Below, piece by piece: positions 1 to 11,398 of a stretch of DNA of 64,000 nt. Both the position numbers and the translations under genes were made by a program. Below the pieces are notes generated by a model. That model was given only the letters and a program-made list of their open reading frames with translations. It was not told where the DNA came from and did no database searches. Positions within the stretch are counted from its first letter, which is position 1. Each line of letters begins with the position of its first letter. Location: assembly GCA_001949185.1 (NCBI GenBank), contig BDGG01000006.1:1284827-1348826 (forward strand). The letters are read 5' to 3'. The DNA is from Ramazzottius varieornatus. Lineage: Eukaryota > Animalia > Tardigrada.

Positions 1-1601
1 GACGAAAACTGCAGTCTGCTGACGGGTAGGCGGGCAGGGCGACTGTAAATTTTGTGGCTGTTTATCTCGCCTAATGGCTATCTGGCGAAGTAGGCAACGA
101 AGTCCTACAACGATCTAAAGTTGAGCGATCAGGCGAGACTGGTCGGCCTTTAGATGCTGTGAAATGTGGGACGTGGCCCTGACCGCTGCCCAGAATGGGA
201 ACAGCCCATGACTCACTGACGCTGCTCCCGTAAACGTGGAACTGGAAGTCTGGAAGACCTGTTGATTTTGGTCTTTTTAGACCGTACCTCCACCGCACTT
301 CCACGTGGAATGGCACCGGTGTACTCGCTGTACTGGACGTGCAGGGTCGATCACGTGTGGGCTGCAACAGGTGGATTTTGACGTCATGGGCCAACACCGA
401 TACTTAACACATCTGCGAGTTTTCAGATTTCAGGACTTTCTCTTCATCGAAGCGCTGCGAGTAGGATCACCCGAAACTTTCACCGTCCTGGTTGGCTGTG
501 TTTCTAGGTACACTGAAGATGAAAAATATCGAGTGGGGATGGCAGGGAAATTCGAGGAAGCTCCGACAGCGTGGCGAGTGCCTCTTCAAAAAACATGAGC
601 ATCGAAGGTGACGTCGTCTTCAGTGTTCCGAACAACTGAACGAGGATGGAGATATTCAGAAGATTCCTGCTCACAAGTAAGCCTAGATTGATCGTTTCTG
701 TCTATCAAGATCCGGGTGTAATGGTAAGTTATACTAGGTTGATTCTTGCGATGGGGAGTCAAGTCTTCTGCGGAATGTCCATGGACCCGATGGCGAAAAA
801 AGACGTGGCAGAAGTGACCATCCCAAACTACACGGCCGATGTCTTGAAGATCATGCTGCACTTTCTCTGCAGCGACCGAACAACAGACTTGACAGCAGGA
901 ACGCGATGGAGGTAATAAGATGTGCTAACCAGTACAGTCAGGTCGTTCGAAATCTGGTACGAGACCTCGTTCGAAACCTCGTACCTGATTATCCGATCTC
1001 AAAATAACGAAATGAGTCTAAAGACACGACAAGACACAAGACTGCCTGCCAAAAAGAATTTCGATTTGGGTATCTCCATGCGAGAATGCGTCCAAAGTAT
1101 TTTGGCTGGGAATCGATCTTTTATGACATGAAGTTGTTCGAAATATCGAACTGTATCAAAGGTTCAATTTGGTGCACTTTGGTGCGGTAATGAACACACA
1201 ACGGGTGGCTGAAAATTTACGCTGAAATTCACCCCAAAAGGAAGGGCGTATGCACTGTTTTTTGCCCGTGGGAAGCCGATGCCGCTTCCACATGAAATTT
1301 AGTGCAAAATTGGAGGGGAAGCATGGCACTAAATTCGGTAGGGAACTGCTGCGCATAACTCGCGGTAGCATTGTTCTTGAATTCAACGAAGATAAAACGT
1401 AAGGAGGTGAATGGGAATATTTAAGGTGGCAGGTTATTCAGCGAGGCTGGAAGATTCTATTGGGGATAAACGCGCGAGATTCTATGGAAGAATGAAACTT
1501 AAGCAAATGTTAAACTACCCATTTTTAAGTAGAAATGCGGTGCAGTAAAACGATGTAATTGCAAGAAGTAACTGAAGCGGGAGAATGCAGAAAAATCGGA
1601 G

Positions 1602-4600
1602 TCACTCTTTTCTTTGACGCTTGGGTGGTGCAGGAACAGAAGGCTGTAACGAAGGACTGGGCGTAGGCGGGTTTGGAGGAGCCGGAGCAGTCCTTCGCTT
1701 TGGAACAGCAACTGCAGGTGGCGCAGGGGCGTTTGTGGTAATAAACTTCTTCCACTCGTCTTGCTTGTTGTAAGTGACATGTTCCAGTACCTGTTTCAGC
1801 AGTTCTCTGGCTCTCGTTGCGGAGAACCCACCGGTCTCAAGAACTTTGACGGGAGCTTGTCGTACCAGTTTGCGGATCCGCACGATGGACGTCTGGTTCT
1901 TTGCCGCCTCCATCAGCACTTCGGTTGCTGGTCCTCCTTCCTTGGCACAGTGTCGAAGAATGACACCGCGCGCCTCGTCACGATGAAGTGTGAAGTGGTA
2001 CGAACCGTTAATGCCAGGAACGGACTCATACCGATCCTCGGCGAAGGTATTTATGTCTTTCCAAATCCATTCTGGCCCGTCGTCCTTGTCAAAGGTGTGG
2101 GAAGAAGCTACCTTAGTGGCAATCTCCGTTTTCATCTCGTGCGGAAGGTCGATGGAGAAACGGCGGAAGATACGTTTCAGTTGGCCAAAAAACGCGTCCG
2201 GTGAGAATTTCGTGTGTCCGGGAGGAAGAAAATGGATCTCTATGGTATCGTAGCGGCCTGTCTTGATCAAGTGGGCAAGGTAGCCCATCGTAAACCGATT
2301 CTTGTTTTGGCCGGTACAGTTGTCTGCATAGATGCAGAGATTGCGCTCACCGTTGTCGGACTGTTTAAGGAAGAAATCTAGCATGGACAGCACGGAGTTT
2401 GGGCCATGTGAGTCCTTGCCGCCTAGACCGATGCAGTTTGACTTATTCATGAAGAAGTAATACACCCGGGAGTTTGACTCGTCGACAAGGCCAAAAATGT
2501 GGACACCCAGTGGCGACTATAATAATTGATAAGAATTGAGGTTCTACGTGATTAATTGTGTGAACGGATATCCTTACAAACGTGGTGGAGGTCTGCAGAA
2601 AAGGAACTCACCTCGAAGTATATGGCGCCTGCCTGGTCGGTGTGGTGAGGGAGACCCACGCTTTGGGCAAAGTCGAAAGAAACGACACGGACTGCAGTAC
2701 CTATGACCATAGATCAATTATGCAGATACAGGTACAGTTGTTGTTTTCGAGCTTCTGTATTTCCGTTTGTTGCTTACGGCCGTGATTTGTTGAAAACTTC
2801 TTCGTTTCAGGATCCAGGTTTTTATACTGCAGTTTACTCATCAGCACTTTCTCCCTGTACTGGGCTCTCTGCTGAGCTGCGTGCTCGAGATGAGCTTCCC
2901 ACTGGGCCTTTGCGGCTTGCTTCCCTGTCATCTCGAGGTCCGTGATAAATTCTGCTGATCAACTTATCGCAAACGTTGCACATGTCCGTGTGAGCCCTGC
3001 GGATCTTTATGTGACGCGCATACTTGTCCCAAATATTATAAAAACTCCGCTGCTTCACGGCTTGCCCGGGACCGACCATTCTTTCCTGAAACGAAGACAG
3101 TTAAACATGTCGAAGAGCAGGTCCATCAGCTCTTCAATAAAAAGCATTTTGACACGAGACGTTAATGTAGTAGGGATGGATTGCCGCAGTGACGTCACTG
3201 GGGCTATCGACGCGTCACGCGTACACAGGGCAGTGCGGACCAACTGATTAGCCGACAGAGCTCAATGTTCACAGAAAGGACCGATGATATTTAGTGACGT
3301 CACTGCGGCAGCTTCTTGTATTACTGCCCGAATTTAGTCAGTGAACAATTGGTCAAACTCTTCTTCATTTTTGTCATGCATCTATCTTCGGCTATACCAC
3401 ATTACGGTTGAAGATTACGGTCTGCAATGAGCCTGCGTTCGACATGGTATAACTAACCTCGTATTTTTCCCATAATTCCACCTTCGTGAGCTTGGTGAGA
3501 AGGTGAAAATTTGGAAGACCGGTACTTGTTCCTTGAACGGTAGGCACAGGCAGTCCATGAAGTGAACCGTATTCCACCAAGAACCTCAGTACTCCTTCGA
3601 TTTGAGGTTTCTTCAACGCGAAAGTTCCCTTGGCTCCTGCTAGACCATGCTGAAGATTTCCGAAGGACCCGTCGCTCACAAGTTTCCGAGCTCTGTAAAG
3701 ACGAGATTTCGTGATGTCGTTTGCGTAGACGAAAGCTTCACAACAAATTTGTCGATCGGAGGAAAAAAGGAATTTGGCGTTCAGCTTTCATGACTTGGGA
3801 GACAAGGAACACCGATCGGGCGTGATAACCAAGTGAGCGAATAGACTTCCTTCTACCCATGAGTTGTTCCTGCGTCAGGATTGCATGGCACTGTTTCGTA
3901 CACGCGTGGTGTTTACTGACGAAGTCCGTGTAGCGACTTTGCTCGATTGCTTCAATCCACGGCTTCCCGTGTGAGTTTTCCTGATAACATAAAAATATTT
4001 TATAGGATAATCTGTCAAACTCGGTTTCACACCCATCTGATGGTTATTTTACTACGCGATGAACATTTATTTCAAATGAGTAGTCAGTCAACAGCGAGCA
4101 TTACCACAACGCAAATTTTTGGTCAAACTCGAGCACAAATTTCATTTCAGTTATTGTACGTGGCAAAGGGAAACGTGATCGTGTTTGAAAGTGCGGTATT
4201 TACCTCAGATGAGAACGATGCAGTACTCGGGGCTGCTTTCGCCGGCGCGGTTGAGGTTGATGGTATTTCCGGGTTTTCGTCGAACAATTCAGTTTCAATT
4301 TCCTGCCACCACACAGCATCTGGTCCATCATTGCTGAACACTCCAACATCATCGTTAATATCCACGTCCATTTGCAGAATATCTTCCTCGGTAAGGGTAC
4401 GGTCAGGAACCGGCTGTTCATCTTGTTCATTCAGTTCAGTGACATCGATATCAGGGAATGCTGGCAGGCAGTATGTTATTTCACCACATTTTCTAGCCTC
4501 TTGTTCCTCGACTGACATATATTCCTGTTCATCGTCGGACGTGTCTATAACCGACAACAGATAAGCGCCAGATAAAGATGGTTAAGCAGAAGAAGTACAT

Positions 4601-5022
4601 AAACAAAACACACTTGCGTACAGATCATTCAAGGAACTTTAGTCCGAACAGGAAAAATAATTTCAGTTTCATTTTTTGCATTAAATTAGTGCAAATCATA
4701 ATTCCTAGCACAATGTCTACGTCGGCTAACCTTCGGCATCGTCGCCTATCTCGCTTTCGTCGTCGGAAGAATCGTCTCTGTCTTGATCCCCTTCAACCTG
4801 CGCAACAAGCTGTGGTAATGTAGTTGTAGTGTCTGGATGGCCTGCCGCGGTCTTTGCCTCATTACTGACTGCGGGGCATTGTCTTAACAAATGGTCCACC
4901 AGACGGTCTTCCTTGGCCGATTTGTACAGTTTGCCACAAAACCTGCGCTTCACTTCCTCGTTCCCTCTCGAAACATTTAACGATTCAAAATAGTTCCATG
5001 CTGGATCTTTGACATTGGCCAT
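1602..5022 (-). pseudogene. Multi-exon Sola1-type (DUF7869-like) DDD transposase with N-terminal BED zinc finger; frameshifted
   Basis: Catalytic motifs SFDFAQ...P..DQAGAIYF (~2690-2612), ADNCTGQNKN and FLPPGHTKFSPDAFFG (ORF 1602-2465); also ICCEAFVYANDITKSRL and TDMCNVCD. The BED exon (ATG 5022 to donor at 4730) splices in phase 1 to the acceptor at ~4546. Frameshifts near 3790 and 2940. Confidence 0.8.
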
Positions 5023-5607
5023 TATTGCTCGGAACAAAGGTTACAGTTCATGGTTCGCACCAAGCGCTATCAAGACAAATCGAAATCTGAAATCGATTCG
5101 CTTTATTGGAATGTTTAAGTCTTCGGAAAGCTGGACACTGTCCGCGAATTCTTATCATAAATTCCTCTGCTACACAAACATTGACAACCTGCCTATAAAA
5201 CAATAGTGCTTACGACCATCACTACAGCTGTATTTGTCCTCAGGACTGTTAATGCAGCGCTAGCCGACACTCCGGTGAGGCCTAGATAAATCATGATCAG
5301 CATTATCACGTAACATTCTTTGATACGCATGTCCACTGGAAGACAATGCAACTTGTTCGCTTGGTTCTGTGTCCACTGCTGCGTGGACATTTCGTATTGC
5401 GTTTCCCTGTTATCTGGCAGTAAGACAAGATAAAGTGCACCTATACAGGCTCAGCCTACCACTGGTCACTTGTGCATAGCCTCCTTCACCTTGAGCTTTA
5501 TTTCGAGCCCTGATCACTTTTGCTTTTGCCTTGCTCACTGTTCGCATTCTCCTCCAGTCCACATCATCCCATTGTATCCTCCTTTTCCGCAACAAAGACC
5601 TTCAAAA

Positions 5608-6260
5608 TGGTTTTCATGCCGCTGTTCATCCTTTTGCTCGCCTTTGGGTCATTCTACACGAATGCGCTCATGATGGACAAATTGTTGATTGCGGCCAAAG
5701 GGCTGGCACCAGCCATCGTCGCGGAAATAGCTCCATTCGGCAAGCAAGTCTTTCAAGTAAGTTTACCTCTCATAAATTATCTCGATTTAGTGTTCCTAAA
5801 TATTTTCATCCTTTCAACGTCTTTAAAGTGTTCAGATTAGTGCACTGACCAAATACTACCATTTTACCGATTTATGCTGACCATGTTTCCCACGATAAAC
5901 GCCCATCTTGATTTTTTTTGTCTGAACGCCCACACTTTTTGCAGCTCTTCCAGCAATACTACCGCGACCATAACATGGGCGAAGACCTCCTGTCCCAGCG
6001 TTTCTTTGATGCCACGATGGAGCTCTACGAGGATCTTCAGAACAAATGCCACATGGAAAAGGTTCCCCTGAACAAGGCCATCGATGACCTGGACGACGAT
6101 ATCCGAATGCGGAATGATGGTTGGCCTCATCATCGCCACCTCCTTCTTCCTCTTCGCCACCCGCCGTCTGCACCGAAAAGTTGCACGAGAGCGCAAGGCC
6201 TACCACGATCTCCTGGCCATCATCAAAGCAAGCCGAAAGTTCGACGATGACGCTGTCTAA
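5608..6260 (+). pseudogene. Cargo ORF inside the Sola1 element: signal peptide plus C-terminal transmembrane (TM) segment, unknown product
   Basis: MVFMPLFILLLAFGSFYTNA (signal-like) runs to donor gtaagt at 5757. Exon LFQQYYRDHNMGEDLLSQRFF follows acceptor ttgcag at 5944. After a frameshift near 6100 it reads MMVGLIIATSFFLFATRRLHRKVARERK...DDDAV*. Confidence 0.4.
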
Positions 6261-6747
6261 TCTCTTTTTCTATAGATAACAGCCGGACGCTTTGTTTACT
6301 TCCTTCTCAACCATCACCATCAGTTCCTTTCTTTAGCCTTTTTTATTCTCGGGATCTTCTCCACCTTTTCTCGATAAGCTTTCCAGCATCTGCGCATTTC
6401 TTCGCGGTCGAATATTTTCTGTTTGTCAATTTAAGCTTGCGTTGTTACTGGTACTAGTCACCCTCCAGTAAAGTATTCGTAACTTATTGGCCAGTGGTCG
6501 AAAGTCAATTCGGACTCCAGATTCGTGTTCCTTAGACTCTGTTTGATGTTGGTACAAGTTCCGTTTAAGTTTGCCCTTGGGGTCCGAAAACTTTAAACTG
6601 CGCTCCTGAACAATTTGGTCAGACATGCTTTGGACACATTCTCGTATGGAGATACCCATTTATCGCATCTTCACCAGCCGATTAGCGAAGTGTTAGGGAT
6701 GCAATTTCAACACGGATCAAGACTTCGTTTGACAGAAAGGAGGTCTG

Positions 6748-7705
6748 ATGGAGTATATGTCGCGGACAGACGGCGAAAAACTAGGGCCACTTCCGGTGAA
6801 GTTCAGCAACCAGCCTACCTTACCATTCGGAGAACTTGACTTAGCCATGACCAAAATGGTATCTGCTTCTAGCCCGACCGTGGGATTCAGTGTTGTCCGT
6901 CGAGGTAGAACCCACGATAGACCAACGCTGGAGGAAAAGCGGAGAATCTTGGAACTGTACCCGTCGCACATAACACCCAGATTATTGTATGGGAACCAAA
7001 CATCACAGGCTGAGCTTTCTTTGTAGATGACGGCCAAGCAACTTATGACGAAGTTCAACATCCGTTCTAATTCGACCATCACGACGCTTATCAAACAGCG
7101 AGACAAGGTTCTTGCTTTGTCTGCTGAAGTTCGCGGTAATCCTTTTGTATCCAGAAAGCGAACTTTCGGTATTGTTGAAGAAGCGGCAATGAAATACCAT
7201 GAAGACTCTGTCCAGAAGGGATTCCCTGTGTTTACACCGATTTGAAAGAGGTTGACGTTTTGAATTCAACTTCTCGGTAGTCTTGCAAGGTGAAGTTCGA
7301 TATACCTTAACAGCCTAACAGAAGGTCACAGCAATTCACGCTCACTTGTAGGCGAGGAAGCGGAAAGCAATCCAGAAGTTGCGGGACTGCGGATTAGGGA
7401 AAAGCTATCTGAGATTCTTCAGAATTACAAGAACGCAGACATTTTCAACTGCGACGAAATCGGAAGCTGCTGTCGCTCTACGCCTCGAAAGGCTCTTTTG
7501 AAGGTCGGACGAAAGGCGGGAAGAAGGTAGCAGAACGAATATCAGTTATGTTTTGCTGCTCTGCGTCTTGAGAAAAGCTTCCTCCCCTCATCATTTGGTC
7601 GATCGAAGAAGCCGCGTGCCTTTTCCAAGGCGAAGCTGGACTTTGAAAGAGCAGGCTTTACTTGGGCTAGCAATAAGAAAGCTCGGATAACGCAGGCTGT
7701 TTCCA
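6748..7705 (+). mobile_element. Degenerate pogo/Tigger (CENP-B-like) transposase fragment
   Basis: HTH-psq-like TLEEKRRILELY...SQAELS...STITTLIKQRDKV. DDE_1 motifs IFNCDEIG, ERISVMFCCSAS*EKLPPLII, SKKPRAF and WASNKKA. Multiple stops and frameshifts; truncated at the 3' end where BTB-BACK sequence resumes. Confidence 0.8.
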
Positions 7706-10176
7706 CTCCTTCGAGCTTTCATCCTCGATGTTCTGCACAAAAACGACCAGACATCCGTCGAGAATTGCCTTCTCTACTGAACGGAGGTATGTACTGATGT
7801 CGATGCTCTTATCTCCATAATGTATCAGTTGTAAAGTCCGTCTTCTTACTTATGCATTGTGATGACGTTTCTTTAACGTACATGGGGTGTGAAATAGATG
7901 ATTCTGAGATCATCTGTAAAGTTTCTGAATTCTTGGCGTATAGCACTGAGCTGGTTCTTGCTCGCCAAACATTCCTCGACATCGGCCACGAAGTTCTCCT
8001 TGCGGTGGCGAAGAAGTCCGTCCTAAACCTGCATGGAAGAGAGAGCCTGCTTCATCGCGCTGCTTCCGAGTAACTGACATCGCATGGAACGCCGGCAAAA
8101 TTGAAGAATTCACTCGGATCGTTTTTTCCAGGTGGCGCACGCCCTCAGCCAGTAAAACTGACAACGTGCGCCGCTTTTCGAACTCGACCAGATCGTTTTG
8201 ACAAGTGACGCACGTTCTCAGGCAGTGGCAATGTAACGTGCGCCGCTCGAGTCGTCGATCTGGATAATATCATTTTGCCGACGTCCTACATCTGGTTAAC
8301 CGTTTACCATTGCCGTGAGCAATCTAGATTCATTTTTCAACGTTTAGTACGTTTAGTGGAGTTGAGTACGAGGATCAGAGCCTAACTTTTCTAACTCGCC
8401 GAACTGGCGAGCACTTGTCTAACTGACATTTTTCTCGGTAGTCTTCCAATCAAAAATTGTCAAATTAATTCGCAAATTTGTCCCAACGCTTTGCTTCAGT
8501 TTGAAGTATCTTGAACCGGAAATAGGTGACAGATCGAGGCGGATATAATTCAGGAAGCAAGAACGTTTGAAGATGGCTGGCGATATTCCGGAGCACGCTT
8601 TCTGCTGAAGGCGTAATGCAGCTCAGAATCAGCTGATCCAGTTAGCCACATATATGACGCAACAAGCAGAAATCACGCGGGGGTTACACAGTGTGCTTAA
8701 GACTCAACGGCTGGTTTCTATTCAAAGTCAGAACGGCGAAAACTTTGCTGACTTTCGAGCGAAAACATATTGTCCTGAAAAATTTGACATCAACATCAAC
8801 GCATGTGACATCAACAGTAGAAAAAAAAATGCTTGTGTGGTAGGTGCACGTTGATACCTGCCGTCGTTTCTATCGAAAATCGGAACGGCGAAAACTTTGC
8901 TAACTCTTGGTCGGTCGCCATATGGCGGTAGAACATGTTCAGCAGAATCAGACACATGGCCGCGCCGCCTGCAGCATTTGTGTTAGCAGAGTATTCCCGT
9001 TAGAAAAGTAATGCTCTGATCCTCGTACATTCATTTCAGGTGGCTGAACGACGACAAGCTGAGGAGGAGTCGCAGGGTTCACCATGCCGAACTCTACGAG
9101 ACATTTTAGGTCCTGTTTTCGGAGAGATTCGTTTCCTCCTGATGAGCAGGGCTGACATTGCTTCTGGTCCAGTCAAAGACGGACTGTTCACGCTTGACGA
9201 AGTAACCGCACTGTATCGACAGCAGTTTTCGGCTGAGAAAGATAAGAAAAGAATCTTCCACGATGAATTCCGTTCGTACTCGGAAAACAGGAAATATGTT
9301 GTCGAACTGTCGATGAAACCGCGTGTAGCGCATTCTGACGACAACGAAGACCTGCCGACAAAGAGAATCTGGTGTGATATTTGCGAGAAACGACAGATCT
9401 TTTCGGCCGACTGTGTCTGTGCCATTATATCCATTTGACGTTTTTGTGATAATCGTGCTGTGCGCCAATCTTCGAGCGTTTTCCTGCACCACTACGAGGT
9501 AAACAGCACACTGGGCTTAAAGTTTTGAATAGCATGGTTGAATACAAGGTTTAAGAATTAAAGGAACGTTGGCAAACGATCTCACCCAGATCTGCAGAGT
9601 GGTGCAAGTTTTTGACGATCAAGATCTGTTTCAGACGGTTGTTCGTCGAAAGACTCAACAAGACCTCTTCAGCCAGGACATCCTGGAAGTGGAAAAGAAA
9701 CGCTACGTTCATGATGCGGCTGGAACGGTGGCTTTACGTCGGATAGAGGGTTAGAACTCGGTATATTTCTGTCTGGATGTCTCGTTTGGGAAGAATATGG
9801 AAGAGTTTCAGGGTAATCAGGAACGATAGATAGCTGCGTTGTTGCACGAGCACCGGAACTGGCGGAACAGTTCGTGCGCCGTAGACAGGTCGGATGCGGA
9901 AGTGTCATTTGTGGCGTAGTTGATTATCCCTCCAGAGATCGATTGGCATCTAAATCAGCGAGCTACGCTGCTGCATGCACTGATTAGCCTGTCGTAAAAT
10001 CTTCGGCCTTTTCACGCCGCCATTATGCCGAGGCAATCAAAGTACCCGACTAATCCAGTTGTAACGCCGCTGGCTTTTGCCGCAGTTCCACACAACAATT
10101 CACTCTTCTGACACTTGCCGCTGTCACGGGGCGATTATCAATGCGTCATTAATCGCTCTACCGATTTTTCGCAGTA

Positions 10177-10737
10177 CACGCCCGAAGGGAAAGTTTGGCG
10201 CAGTAAAAAGTTTGGATCGGGCCGTTTCGCTACGGCGGCACGGACAGGTGCTTTTTGCTGCATGTAGAAAACAGCATAACTGGCCTTACTGCCGTACGTA
10301 CGTGATGGGTTTCAGAACGAGCGGCTAGAAGCGTGACGCTTTTACTGGCTTCGTTGTAGAGACGAGCAGCTTCACGATGTCCAGTACAATTCTCGACAGC
10401 AGAAAGCGCTCTTTTCAGGTCTTCCTCGCTGTACCGTCGAGGCCTCTTGGTTTTAAACTTTTGAGACATACTCGAAAAGCTAGCCGAAATGGAAGCATGA
10501 ACACCGGCTGATTTCTGGACACGAAAACAAACGACAAACTTACCGGATCCATTCAGAAGACTAACAGCTAATACAGTAAACTGTACCAATGTTTACGGTA
10601 GTTTCCACTGCGGTTGAAATCTACTACGTTACGTCATACAGTTGGTTTCTGTCTCTTGCTTGCATAAAAATCTAAATTTGCCATCTTTTCCGCCTGATCC
10701 AAACTTTTTACTGCGCCAAACTTTCCCTTCGCCCGTG
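10177..10737 (-). mobile_element. Non-autonomous pogo/Fot1-like element (561 bp) retaining the HTH-psq N-terminus
   Basis: 42-bp TIRs CACG(CC/GG)CGAAGGGAAAGTTTGGCGCAGTAAAAAGTTTGGATC with 2 mismatches. TA TSD at 10175-76 and 10738-39. Minus-strand KRPRRYSEEDLKRALSAVENCTGHREAARLYN. Confidence 0.85.
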
Positions 10738-11398
10738 TACCAAAATTGTGGGAGCGCACTGTTGCAAAATCAGCGACGAAACACGGAATATATTCGACCT
10801 GGCCAGAAAACGTACAAGTCAGACACTGTTTGCCATGCCAAATGACATGCTGAAAGCATAAAACACTGTTGAAAAGGAAGGTAACGTATGGTTGACTCCT
10901 TGACTTTTGAGTCGGGCCAGTACCCTGTTTCCGTCACGCCTTCGGTTTTTCTCCCTGCTGATGTTTTTATCGGCCATATTTCGTTCCGGCTGTTGAGCGA
11001 CTACAGTGGTGTTCGTTGGGCGAACTTTCAAAAATAGCCTGCATAACCTACGTTTGCTGTGGCGGATATCCTTGTGAATGACGATGAGGGTCGTTTGAAG
11101 CGTGCAACATGTGAAGCTGATGCCTGAAAGATGCGCGATCAACGACGACCTGTTTGCAGCACGATCAGTGGATCACAATCCACCTTCTATCCGCTCCAGC
11201 ACGCAGCCTTTTTCAACCGATACCATAAACTGAATTTCTGAATTTCTGAATTTCATGGCGTATTTTATGGATTGTACTTATTTTCGTCACGGAAAATGAC
11301 GCGAGGAATACTGGTGGAATAATTTCAGTCGGAAAGGATGTCTTCAATTTCGAAGTTTCTTCTTCGAATTTCACGACCTTCCAGCGAAACATCGGCTC

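Larger units (their letters stand above)
1068..6657 (-). mobile_element. Sola1-like DNA transposon (5.6 kb), degenerate autonomous copy
   Basis: 30-bp terminal inverted repeats (TIRs): GGGTATCTCCATGCGAGAATGCGTCCAAAG (1068-1097) vs reverse complement of 6628-6657, 28/30 identical. 4-bp TSD ATTT at 1064-1067 and 6658-6661 matches the AWWT rule of Sola1. Contains a DDD transposase. Confidence 0.85.
646..9438 (+). pseudogene. BTB-BACK domain gene (BTBD1/2/3/6-like), split by transposon insertions and disabled
   Basis: BTB segment RLILAMGSQVFCGM...VTIPNYTADVLKIMLHFL (~730-911, donor gtaata at 912). BACK segments follow: FILDVLHKNDQTSVENCLLY* (~7715-7787, in-frame TGA), VSEFLAYSTELVLARQTFLDIGHEVLLAVAKKSVLNL...ESLLHRAASE (~7830-8069) and LGPVFGEIRFLLMSRADIASGPVKDGLFTLDE (9040-9438). 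There is an apparent 1-nt frameshift at the last acceptor. Confidence 0.65.

Noticed and set aside
3947-4564. 205-aa + strand ORF, and similar long antisense ORFs (22470-22877, 23578-24147, 61594-62112)
   Set aside because: Shadows of real coding exons on the opposite strand.
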